DNA from: Vitrella brassicaformis CCMP3155
Taxonomy: Eukaryota > Protista > Chromerida
Assembly (NCBI GenBank): GCA_001179505.1
Contig: CDMY01000098.1
Location: forward strand, 62,001 to 126,000
Length of the DNA: 64,000 nucleotides
Direction of reading: 5' to 3'
Shown piece by piece: positions 46,613 to 58,371 of this stretch (positions are counted from its first letter, which is position 1; every line of letters begins with the position of its first letter). The notes beneath the pieces were generated by a model. That model had not been told where the DNA came from. It did no database searches and worked only from the letters and a program-made list of their open reading frames with translations. The position numbers and the translations under genes are program-made.

Positions 46613-48384
46613 AATCACCCGAATGCAGCACCTCTCTGCGCATGTGCGCGTGTTGGGGCATGTGTGGTCTGTTCAGGTGACCTATACCTCCTGCTGTGCC
46701 CGCTTCTCCCGCTCCATTCGCAGATCGGCCTCAAGAGCTTCCACCTGCACGACACGAGAGAAAGAGTGAATGGGGAAAACACGCACATTCATCCCGCTGC
46801 TGGCCTGACCTTTGCCTCAGCGCATGTGGCTTTGCTCTCGGACTGCTGCAGCTTCAAACGAAGCTCACTGTTGGCCGTGCGAAGGGACTCCACCTGCATT
46901 ATATGACAGAGAGGAGGGCTGCCCACGTCACGTGGTTGGTCAGCCAGCCTTGCGGATGATTCGATTCATGCGCACCTCTTGCTGCAGATCTTGCAGCTCT
47001 GCCACGGCTGCTGTGTCCCCCTCACCTCTCTCACCAGACCGCAACTCGTCCACCTGCACACACACAGAGAAAGACAGAAACACATGAGGGAAGGGGGTAT
47101 CCCTCCCTCCCTCCCTCTGTCTGTCTGTCTGTCTGTCCGTATTCGGTGACTTGCCTGTGTCTCCAGAGCCGTGACTTGGCTAGTCTTCTCGTCGAGCTGT
47201 TTGTGCAGCATGGCGGTCTTATCCCTCAGCTCCCTATCACGCACCTCCAGCGAACTCTGCAACGCCGTCACCTACACACACACACACACACACTGACTGG
47301 GGGAGAGGTGTGGTTGGTGTGTGGGGTATGGGGCAGGGTACGTTGCTCTTGAGCGAGTCGATAGCCTTGCTGGCCTGCGCTTCCTGCGCAGCCAGCTGCT
47401 CCTTGACGCCGTCAATCTTGGCCTGAACACCACACACACACACACACACACCAGACACACAACGGCTTTATGTGTGTGTGTCTGGGCATATGTGTGTCAT
47501 CTACCTCAGCAGCTGCCGCATCTGTGCGTGCCGTCCGCAGCTGTGTTTGGAGTGAGGAGACCTCCTGCTGCAGCCTCGCCAGCTCGCCCGCTTCATGGGG
47601 GTCGCTCTCATGGCGCAACTCCACTTGCTGATTGAATTGACCAATCGATAGACGCGTCCACGCCACAGACGACATGATATGGGTAAGACACTATCTCTCT
47701 CTCTCTTGTGTGTGTGTGTGTGTTTGTGTGTGTTTAGTCGCTTACCCGTCTGAGCTCCTCGTTTTCCTCATTGAGCCTCTCTGTCTGCTCGACGAGCGTC
47801 TCGATAACGGACTTGACCTGACTTGTAGAGTTCTTGACGAAATCTGCATAAGCAATCCATCGATGCATCCGTGGGGGATGGATGGGTGGATGTGTGGCCA
47901 CCCTGGCCGTCACGTTGCAAGCTGACCTGTGTTGAGTGTCCTCTGGAGGAGGGTCTTGATATCCTTGCCCTCCTTCCGGGCCTTCTCCATGTAACGAAAG
48001 GCCTACACGCACACAGACAGACAGACAGACAGTCGATGAATGAAAGGCGATCAGCCAGAGAGAGAGCCATCCATCCATCCATCCATCCATTCAATCCATC
48101 ACCTTGAGCGTCTCCGCAAAGCTGTATTCCTCAACCTCCTATATACACACACACACACATCAACCAATTGACGCAATTAATGACTCCACCCACTGTGTGT
48201 CCGTGTGAGTGCTTGCCTGTTGTCCGCTGCCATATATGGTGACGATGCCCTTCCCGGCCGACTTTTTGCTCTCACTGCTGTCGCTGCTCGTCTTGCGGTG
48301 CACCTCCATCGGCAGCAATGACTGGGGCTGCGGCGAACCGCTCGAGGCCGATCCCGAGTCGGCTGCTGGCTCTGAATCCGCCAT
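44198..48384 (-). CDS. Long coiled-coil protein of unknown function (many exons)
   Basis: MADSEPAADSGSASS...; EVEEYSFAETLK; AFRYMEKARKEGKDIKTLLQ; VIETLVEQTERLNEENEELRR; LEVRDRELRDKTAMLHKQLDEK; MQRLVSELTTTLAEKEDSIVNLKK; ends VKSASLPPGDISPKDPSQTPRPI*. Confidence 0.75.
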
Positions 48385-48669
48385 GCTTTCGGTGTTGCTC
48401 GCAATGCTTGCCTGGTTGCTTCAACCAAGCGCGGGAGGGAGGGAGAGGGAAGGGACCGATGAGTCAGTGACTGACCAGAAGGTCACTCACGCAAAAGAAC
48501 CGATTTTCTTCTCCCGGATAACTTGTCGATGGCTCTCGTGGCTGCTGCTGCGCCGTCCAACGAGTCACGAAGCCGCATTTCAAAACAACCACCGTCGCAA
48601 GCTTACTAGCTCGCAGCGTGCCTTTTCGCAGGGTGCTCCCTGAAACCGCAGCAGCAGCCTTTTCGCACC

Positions 48670-51147
48670 ATGGGCAATCAGGAGAGCAGCCACAGCAGCG
48701 CGAGGAAAGGCCTCGACTACGGGCGTTTGTCGCGCAACGAGGTGGAGCAGCTCTCGCACCGACTGGGCTTCAGCCTCACGCCAGAGGCCACGCTGGACCC
48801 AAGGCAGGTGTGCGCGGCCTTCCCGTCCGTCCTGCGGCCATACGGCGCCATGTTGCTCAAGGCATGCACACACACACGAGATCCATGAATGTGCGTTGAC
48901 CCACTCATTACGGCTCGGCTGTGCGTGTTCTCCTGCTGGTGTGTGTGGTGCAGGGTATTCGGCCGCAGGTGGCGCCGCCCTCGCGGCCGCCATCGGCGAG
49001 GAGGGAAGGGCACGGATACGGCAAGAGTGGTGTGAGTGCGAGTGGTGGTGGTGGTCCCAACTCGTCGTCGACTCAGGGCAGGATTGGCGCACAGGACCTG
49101 CTCAAAGCAAGTGAGGCCTTTGGGTGGGGTGACTGACACTGACAGAGGGAGAGAGAGAGAGAGAGAGAGGGAGAGAGGGAGAGAGAGCGGTGATCTATGT
49201 GGTTTGTGCGCTGCGTTGTGGCCTTGGTGTTGGCAGTCTCAGCCTGCACGTATTCATCGCCTGACGAGATCCAGCGGCTGCTGGTGCGGGCCTTCCTGCT
49301 CGACATCAACGGCGGCATCGATGAACACTTCACACACGGTAGGTAGCTTTGCTGCCTACCCTTCAACACCCACACACGCCCACCCCACCCCCCCGGCGTG
49401 TGTTTGTGTGTGTGTATGCGTGTATGTGTGTGTGTGTGTGTGCGTGTGTGTGTGTGTGCGTGTGTGTGTGTGTGTGTGTGCCTAGGCCGTCTGTCCAAGG
49501 CCCTCGAGCGCGCCGTGACATCACTGCTGACGTACCTCTACCTGGAGTCTGCCTTTCTCACTGACCCATCGGCGCCGCTGTTCCGGTCGCTCAAGCTTAC
49601 GGAGAGCCACCCGGACGTCACCAAGGCCGTCGGCAGGCCTCGCGCCAACAGCTGGGACGTGACGAGCTTCTTCACCTTCGACATGAATGCGGGCGGCGGG
49701 ATGGCACACAACAAGGACGAACAGATCCTCTCACTCAGGTATGTCCTTCATGCATGCCACGGCGCACAGATCTCCAAGGTTGTCTGTGTGTATGAGCAGG
49801 CCGCTGCTCAACAGCCTGACCATCTTCCTCCGCACCAAGACGAACCCCGCTCTGTCGATCTCCTCCCCCACGCCCCCCTCCCTGACGGACGCGGTGGTGC
49901 AGTGGCTGGAGGACACACTGCCCTGCATCCCGACCGTCTTCACAGCCGCCATACGGTTCCACTTTGTCGACCCGCCCTTCCTCAGGACACGCCAGCAGCA
50001 GCGCCCGTCGAGGGACGAAGACGGCCAGGTAGTGGATCCACTCTCTACCTGTTTATCGGGGATGGATGGATGGATGTGTGCATGTGTGTGTAGGTGGTGG
50101 ACGAGGGCATATTGCGTTCGCCGTCGCTCGGCCCGGTGATCCGTCAGAGTGACGGCTGGAAGGGCATCTTTCTGCTCGGCACCAGCAGAGTGCTGCCGGA
50201 CGAGATCTGCTGCACGGTGGGCGAGGCGACTGACTGACCGGCACACACATGCACCACACTCATTGATGTGTGTACACGCACTTGTCTGTTTGTCTGTCTG
50301 TGTCTGTCTGTCTGTCTGTCTGTCTACTCTCTATGTGTTTTGTAGTTGCGCCATTCTGAGGCCAAGCTTAATACCCACCTGTGGCACAGACTCTTCGCAT
50401 CTTGGAAGAATGGTAGACAGAGAGAGACACACACACAGGGAGAAAGGCATGTGTGTTGTGTGGTGTGCAGGCTTGTCGTTCAATCGTCTGACCCACCACA
50501 TAGTGCATTACGCCGGCCCCTCCCTGATCGCAGTCAAGACATATGACGGGCAGGTCTTCGGGGCCTACTGCTCACAGTGAGGCAACAGCACAGCACAGCA
50601 CAGCACGGCAGCCACACCATACGCGTGTTAACTGTATGTGTGTGTGTGCAGGCCATGGAAGGAGTCTAACACGATCTACTTCGGGTCGATGGACTCCTTC
50701 ATTTTCGCCGCCATCCCCTCGTTCCACGTGTACAGGTCAGCCAGTCGAGTCGGCACACACATGACACCACACCACACCACACCACGACACACATCCATCC
50801 CACTCCTCTCTGTGTATCCACAGGTGCACTAATCGCAGCCACAACTGTTTCTACCTCAATTCCAAGAACAATTACTCGCCCAAAGGCATCGCCATCGGAG
50901 GCACCCTCGAGTGCCCCCGAGTATGGATACGAGAAGGTCAGCCAGCCAGCCAGTCAGGAAATTACCCTCCTCTCCCCTTCTCCCCTGCACACACACACAC
51001 ACACACACACACAAGGCATGCAATGGTGCAGATTTTGAGGACAACCACGTCACATTGAGCGACGCCACATTCGCGACGGGACCCCTCGTCAGGGACTTCG
51101 CAGAGTTTGCTCCCGAGCAGCAAGACATCAACAACAACAGCAGCGAC

Positions 51148-51178
<31 letters not shown>

Positions 51179-51518
51179 CCAACAGGACACAGGCCGCCAG
51201 TGCCGCCCCATCAGTGTCGGCCTACGACTACATGGTCAAGTTTCGCGTGCAGGAGCTGGAGGTGTGGGGGGCGGGGGGCGATGACGCCCTCGTGCAGCAG
51301 CAACACGGACAGGACTCTGAACAACGGGTGGGTACAAACGTGTGTATGCGTGTGATGGATGGATGTGTGTGTGTGTGTGTGTGTCTTAGGTGCGTGAGCA
51401 GCGCCGCAAGGTGGACAAGAAGCAGCTAGTGGGGACCGACTTCGACAAGGAGTTCCTTCTCGGCAAGACATTCGCCGGCGCCAAGGAGGCCAGAGAAGAC
51501 GTCAGCAGAGAGCGATAG
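48670..51518 (+). CDS. TLDc-domain protein with N-terminal myristoylation motif (TLDC1/MEAK7-like)
   Basis: MGNQES start; GLSFNRL...YAGPSLIAVKTYDGQVFGAYCSQPWKES..YFGSMDSFIF; FYLN...GIAIGG; FRVQELEVWGAGG; C-terminal RRKVDKKQLV..DFDKEFLLGKTF. Confidence 0.85.
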
Positions 51519-52051
51519 CGAGCAGCCGACTAATGAACGACTTCGAGTGTTTGATGGATGGATGGATGGACGGACGGTGGATGGTCACGTGTTCGATGGA
51601 TGTGCGGTGTACATAAAGGAGGGAGGGAAGGGGCTCGGTCAGTCAGTCAGGCAGTCGATTTTGCTGTGTTTGGGCCGTGTAGCTGGCTAGCTGCAGCAGG
51701 AGAGGAGCTAGAGGATTTTGTGCTTTTGTTGGTTGCACGTGTGCCGTGCTGTGCGTGCCACTCGTTCATCTGTCCATTCATGAAACGCACTGACAGTACC
51801 ATCCAAACGTAACGCCTTCTCTTGTTTGGACTTATCTTCTCGCCCTCTCGTCCATGTCATCCGCTCACTCTCAGTTTGGCATTTGACAGCAACTGTTGCA
51901 GCGGACGGAGTGAGAATCGACGCGGTGGACAAATGAGATGCAGACGGATGGACGCGTCCATCCAGGAGAATGAACACAAAGGCCGCCGTCTGGGAATCCT
52001 GGCCGGATATTGGGCAGGGCTGTTTGTGCGCATCGGTGCAGCTTGATGGAC

Positions 52052-52123
52052 GGTTCCAGGAATCAATCGCTGGTTGGAGAAAGAGATGCAGAAGTGCACT
52101 GACGGAAGTCATTTTCTGGATCC
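52052..52123 (+). repeat. ~70-bp dispersed direct repeat, copy 1
   Basis: ggttccaggaatcaatcgctggttggaga...tgcactgacggaagtcattttctggatcc also occurs at 55787-55855. Confidence 0.9.
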
Positions 52124-52628
52124 GTCCGTATTTGTGTATGAGCGTTCCAACCCACCAACACGCACAGCTCACGCCACACGCACACACACACGTGAACATT
52201 ACATGGAGGTTTGCACAGAGATAGATGTGTCCGTCCGTCCGTCCAACCAGCTGGCCGGCTCGGCTATCCACAGCGGTCGATCGATCGACCTTCCTCACTG
52301 ACTCACTCAGTCACGTTGTTTGCAAAAGGGGCAGGGCAACCACCACCCACCCTAGCTACACATATATGCCTGCCAAAGGCACCATCCATCCATTGCCCGC
52401 CCCAAGCTTGCAACCTCTCCGCTGCCTGCAGCCCCTCGGTCCCTCCCTCCCTCCCTCCCTCCCTCCGACCGACCGACCGACCGACCGACAGACAGATGAA
52501 GTCACTCAGTCACTCCAGCAGGTCAGGTGCACGACTGCAGGCAGGCAGACCACACACCACACAGACCGCATTATGGACTGTCAGTAATGGTCTGTCTAAT
52601 CTATCGGCCCCTGCCTGTACGTACGTAC

Positions 52629-53246
52629 CTAGTGGAGGTTCATGTTGAGGTATTTGTGGTTGGTAGTGACGGTGACGGTGAGGCCGGGCAGGGCGGCCGC
52701 CTGCCGGATGCGGCGGATGTACTCGGCGTACTTGTCCGAGTGCTGGCCGTCCAGCACACGGTTGAGGTCAGCCAGAGAGCCCACCCGGCACCGCGACACG
52801 GCCTCGCCCACCATGCGAACCTGAATGAATCAATGAAATGATAGACCCAGCACAGCCAACACAGACAAACAAACAGACCAGGGAGGGAGGGAGGGAGGGA
52901 ACAAGACACCCAATCAATGAAGCATCAGACAGATCACTCACTGAGTCACCTCAGCGTCGAATCCGTCGTGGGCTGTTGTGTCGGTGACGGTCACTGCAAT
53001 GAAGGGCGCTAGGCACAGCACAAAGTACTCACTCGGCGGCCGCTGGGGCGGCGTGTTGGGCTCCTGCACGCCGCACCGATGCACCCCCGCGAGCTGCCCC
53101 CCCAGCCCCCCCTGCCAGTTGGCCAGCATGTCCTTGGCGGCCTGCACGTCGGCCGGCGTGCCGTCGGCCGCGATGCGCACCGAGAGCGTCATGGGGTTGG
53201 GTGCCTTGCGGTGCAGCTGATTGATCAGCGCCGCGTCGGAGAAGCG
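52629..53246 (-). pseudogene. Tandem partial copy of the 3' end of the orphan gene at 53611-55310 (runs into the gap)
   Basis: Near-identical exons with a few substitutions (KYAEYIRRIRQ vs KYAGYIRRIRE; TTAHDG vs TTADDG). Could be an uncollapsed haplotype. Confidence 0.7.
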
Positions 53247-53546
53247 NNNNNNNNNNNNNNNNNNNNNNNNNNNNNNNNNNNNNNNNNNNNNNNNNNNNNN
53301 NNNNNNNNNNNNNNNNNNNNNNNNNNNNNNNNNNNNNNNNNNNNNNNNNNNNNNNNNNNNNNNNNNNNNNNNNNNNNNNNNNNNNNNNNNNNNNNNNNNN
53401 NNNNNNNNNNNNNNNNNNNNNNNNNNNNNNNNNNNNNNNNNNNNNNNNNNNNNNNNNNNNNNNNNNNNNNNNNNNNNNNNNNNNNNNNNNNNNNNNNNNN
53501 NNNNNNNNNNNNNNNNNNNNNNNNNNNNNNNNNNNNNNNNNNNNNN
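53247..53546. other. Assembly gap (~300 N)
   Basis: Run of N. Confidence 0.99.
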
Positions 53547-53610
53547 ACAGACCGCATTATGTACCGTCAGTAATGGTCTAATCTATCGGCCCCTGCCTGT
53601 ACGTACGTAC

Positions 53611-55310
53611 CTAGTGGAGGTTCATGTTGAGGTATTTGTGGTTGGTCGTGACGGTGACGGTGAGGCCGGGCAGGGCGGCCGCCTCCCGGATGCGGCGGAT
53701 GTACCCGGCGTACTTGTCCGAGTGCTGGCCGTCCAGCACACGGTTGAGGTCAGCCAGAGAGCCCACCCGGCACCGCGACACGGCCTCGCCCACCATGCGA
53801 ACCTGAATCAATGAAATGATAGACCCAGCACAGCCAACACAGACAAACAGACCAGGGAGGGAGGGACGGAGGGAGGGAGGGAACCACCCAATCAGCCAAG
53901 CATCAGACAGATCACTGAGTGAGCACTGTCCGCACCTCAGCGTCGAATCCGTCGTCGGCTGTTGTGTCGGTGACGGTCACTGCAATGAAGGGCGCTAGGC
54001 ACAGCACAAAGTACTCACTCGGCGGCCGCTGGGGCGGCGTGTTGGGCTCCTGCACGCCGCACCGATGCACCCCCGCGAGCTGCCCCCCCAGCCCCCCCTG
54101 CCAGTTGGCCAGCATGTCCTTGGCGGCCTGCACGTCGGCCGGCGTGCCGTCGGCCGCGATGCGCACCGAGAGCGTCATGGGGTTGGGTGCCTTGCGGTGC
54201 AGCTGATTGATCAGCGCCGCGTCGGAGAAGCGGAGCTGGATTGGCTGGTTGAGGTAGGACACGGTCAGGTGTGGGTCGATCTGCTCGCTGTCGGGCTGGT
54301 TGTCGTGGCGGTTGGCCAGCCTGATGGTGGGCACGTGCAGCCGGCCGGTCGCGAAGTTGATGGCATCGATGGTCGGCTCCGCCCAGCCGCCATTGGGGTA
54401 GCTCCACGTGATCGAGTGCAGCGGCGCCCCGAGCCCCGCCAGCGCCGGTAGCTCGTACTCGAGCACCGCCAGGGGCATCGCGCCCACCTGCTGCTTCTCG
54501 TACTTCTCAAACAACTTCTCCTGCTCCAGACACGGACAGACAGCCCACAGACAGACAGACAGACAGACAGACGGACAGATAGACAGACAGGTACACACAG
54601 CTGACTGACTGACTGACTGACCCCGATCAGTTGACTGACCGTATGTGTGTGTATGCGTGTGTACCACGTGTTCGTGCGTGACGGTGATGATTTTTTTGTT
54701 GCTGGAGAGCGCCTTGAGGAGAAGCCACTTGTCCCACCGGATGCCTATGAGGCGGATCTTCTCGCAGACCACGGCCATCTTGGCCCACCGGTGGGCGTTG
54801 AGCCGGCTGATGCGATTGTTGTCCAGCGGAATGGTCACTCTGAAGTGTCCGGGCAGCAGCCAGAGGGAGTACTGCTTCTCCACGGGCCGCTGCTTGGGGT
54901 GCGCGGAGCCCTGGCAGACCTTCTTGACCACGTCGCGGAAAATGTACTGCCAGTCGGCATCTACAGACACATATATACCATACAGAGAGAGAGAGAGAGA
55001 TCGATGGAACATGCAGACAGGCAGCGGATATATGCGGGCGTGCAGGGCACTGCACGAACGTGCGTGTGTGCGTGCGGACGTAAGTACCTACCTTTGTGTT
55101 GGCAGAAGAAGACGAGCATCGTCTCCACAGTAAGGATTGCTTAAGCAACTCCATATACTGGCCATGGGTATTCTGCAACACACACCCCGGCGGCGCCGGC
55201 GGCTGCTGCTGCTGCTGCTGCTGCTGCCCTCCCCCTCCAGCCCCATCATGTCCCTGCGGCTGTCCCTGCGGCTGCGGCTGAGGCTGGACCTCCTCCACCG
55301 CGTCGTCCAT
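53611..55310 (-). CDS. Orphan hypothetical protein (4 exons, Gln/Pro-rich N-terminus)
   Basis: MDDAVEEVQPQPQPQ...SANTK | DADWQYIFRDVVKKVC...TVTHEH | EQEKLFEKYE...DDGFDAE | VRMVGEAVSRC...LNMNLH*; strongly GC3-biased codons. Confidence 0.75.
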
Positions 55311-55786
55311 GGCCCACGAACGACAATTAGTTGACGAATGCGCACCACCCACCTACAGACATACATTCACATGACACGTCACGTGACTCACGTCACGGCC
55401 AATGCATGCATCATTTCGCCGAGCACAGCACGATATGATGCAGGCATGCTTCAGACACAATGCATTGAGGGGTGTTGAAGGGGTATTGATGGGTGGGACG
55501 ACCTGCCTGCCTGCCTGTCTGTCTGTCTGTCTGTCTGTCTGGGAGGGGGGGTATAGTAGTATAGAGAGGCGGAGTCCGCCGCGGATGGCCTTTCGTACGT
55601 ACCTGTGAGTGCGCGGGACGGTAAGTGGCTCAGCTGAGCACCCGGCTAGCGACGTCCATCAAATTCGACCCGTACGTCCTCTGCAGAGCGACTGACATGA
55701 CACCAACGATGGCGCTTCTTCTCCTCATCAGACACAAAACCCCCCCATACCCTAACCCCGCCCTGGTGCATTTCTGTGTGTGGCCG

Positions 55787-55855
55787 GGTTCCAGGAATCA
55801 ATCGCTGGTTGGAGAGCATGCAGCACTGCACTGACGGAAGTCATTTTCTGGATCC
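55787..55855 (+). repeat. ~70-bp dispersed direct repeat, copy 2
   Basis: Matches 52052-52123. Confidence 0.9.
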
Positions 55856-56211
55856 ATCACACGAGCTTACACACGTAGAGACACTAAACTAACGTACGCG
55901 TGATGAATACAATAAATACGTTGTATCTGCACCCACTGCATCCCTCCCTCCTTCCATCAATCCAATCCATCGCCTTGATTGTTGTGTCTCGCGGTCACTG
56001 CATGATGGGTGGGTGCACCAATACATATAATGGTGAGCCAAACAAATAAACAACGGTCTGTCTGTCTGTCTGTCTGGTTGGCTTGACGCAAACAACAAAG
56101 GGCACATACACCACCCGGAGAGAGAGAGAGAGAGAGAGAGGGAGGGGAGAGCTGTACAAGTGATATAGCAGAGCTCGAGCAAGATGCCTCCTCAGGGAAG
56201 GCATGATGCAG

Positions 56212-58015
56212 CTATGGCTGCTGGTCGTCTTCCCTCGGTGTCTGCTGGTTCAGCGGCTGAGACTCGGGCGCAACCTACACACACACACACACACACGTGA
56301 GGTCATTCATGGCTGCACATCTAATCGAGAGACACGCATGATGTATGTATGGATGTCGCTAGCTACCTACCTGTCCATTTGCGGCGGGCAGGTAGTCGTT
56401 GCTTCTCAGCGGCTGTCGCGCCGGGTCGCCCCCAGCCACGCTCACATTGTGCACAACACGCACGCCTACCGTCCCATCGCACACACACACGAGTCTGGGT
56501 GTTGGTGTGTGTGTGTGTCTAATGTGTGAGCGTAGCGTACTGTCGGGTTGTGGCTGCATGGGGACCATCTGTGTGGCCATGGCCATGGGCGGGGCGGTCG
56601 GCACACCTCCCACTGTGTAGCCACCTCCCACTGTGTAGCCGGCCAGCTGACACAGACATGCAACACACACGCAAAGCACAACACACCACACCACAGCACA
56701 GAATATGCACAGCAGCCGGCACCTCTCTCTCTGTCTGTGTGGGCGTGCATACATTGGCCGTGCCCAAGACGGGGTGGAGCCCAGTCGTGACCACCAGCAC
56801 CTCTGACATACACACATACACAGAGACAGACAAATGCGTGTGAGGTGATGTGTGAGCATGTGTGTGTGCAGCATTATACCTTCTCTGCTGAGTCGTTCTT
56901 TGAAGGACCAGACGACGAAGCAGAAGTAGAACGACAGCAGACAGGCGAGGAAAGTCGACACCAGGTAGGTGCTCACCATCGCGAGCCTGAAGAATCGTCC
57001 ACAGAGAGAGAAATGCTTGGATGGATCTCTCTCTACTGCGTGTCTGTGTGTGTGTGGTGTGTGCGTGGGAACATTTACGTGAAGTCTTCGGTCAGTTGCT
57101 TCCTCTGCTGTGGGGTGAGGTGCTGGCTGCCGGGGTTGGCCTCCTCCTGCTGCTTGATCGCCTCATCCATCGTGTGACCAACCTGATCCTTCAGCTGCAC
57201 ACCACACCACACCACACCAACACCCATACACAGAATGGATTCAGATGTGTACGCAAATGTGTCTGTCAAGTGCGTCTGTCTGCTGTCTGCACCCACCCAC
57301 CCAACACAACACAACCGCCCCGCCCACCCAGTCGTATCTCGTGGCCACGACGATGGCCAGACCGAGGAAGACCACTGTATTGAGGACCACCAGGCTGGTG
57401 ACAATCCAATCCACGAAACAACCCCAGGCTTATGAGCTGCGTTGCGTCGGGTCGGTTTGGCGCTCACTATATTCTGTAGAAGTAATAGAGCTTGGCTGAG
57501 GGCAGATGCAGGTTGGCCGCAGCTGCACAGAAACGCACGCACGTCCATCCATGTATCTCGTCCGTGTGTGTGCCCGTACCTCTCCACGCAAGATAGCCGG
57601 AGCCAAGACTGACATTAATGACAGCACAACGGCCGGTAATGTAAGGTGTGCGCAGCCATCCATCCATCTGTCCATCTGTCCGTCTCTGTGTGTATGTGTG
57701 TGTGTTCCCACTCACTTGATGGCCGTCTGGAAGACCCCCAGCACCGATAGGCTGCCCGACAAGATGACCATCAACCCAAACGTCCCCCAGATCTGCAAAA
57801 CCAGACAGACAGACAGACGGACAGACAGACAGACAGGGAGGAAGGGGCACAAACGTTGCCACACAAACACTGTCAGTTGTCTGTGTCTGTGTGTGTGTGT
57901 GTGCGTGGTGTGTGTGTCCTACAATGGACAGCACTCCGAAGATGTACATGGCCATCTGCAGCGTGCAGCCGCAGCAACATGTTGTCGCTGGAGCCAACCC
58001 TGGCGGCAAACACAC
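56212..58015 (-). CDS. Four-TM membrane protein with an N-terminal CCCGC motif and a Pro/Tyr-rich cytoplasmic tail (LAPTM-like topology)
   Basis: MCLPPGLAPATTCCCGCTLQMAMYIFGVLSI | IWGTFGLMVILSGSLSVLGVF..., WIVTSLVVLNTVVFLGLAIVVA, YLVSTFLACLLSFYFCFVVWSF; tail GYTVGGGYTVGGVPTAPP...QQP*. One middle junction is unresolved. Confidence 0.65.
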
Positions 58016-58371
58016 CCAGACAGCACAAACAGAGAGTCACGACAACGCCTTCACTCCCTCATCATGTGTATGGATCTGTCTGTCTTCATCACCGTCCGTC
58101 ACATCTCCCTCCTTCCCCCTCACTCACCGAGAAACCTTCGATGCGGCGACCACACTGCCGGTGTGTTTGGCACATCCATCTTGTCGATTTCTTGTCAATC
58201 AGGAGCCACACGTCCCGGCACCTCACCTCCCGTCTTGTCCTCCTTCCTCTCTGTCCTTTCGCGAAGCTCGCCTTCCTGCTAAGAGCTCGTGAAACCGCTC
58301 TCTCCGAGCTCGAAGTTGTGAGCGAGTACCGAAGCGTTTGGGCGTCCCTTCTGGAGAGCACAAGACTGACA

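Noticed and set aside
49107-49111. Apparent GC donor (AAA|gcaagt) in the TLDc gene
   Set aside because: The phase of the next exon is satisfied by the canonical GT donor 4 nt downstream (GCAA|gtgagg).
3013-53814. ORFs containing long X runs
   Set aside because: Artefacts of reading through N gaps.
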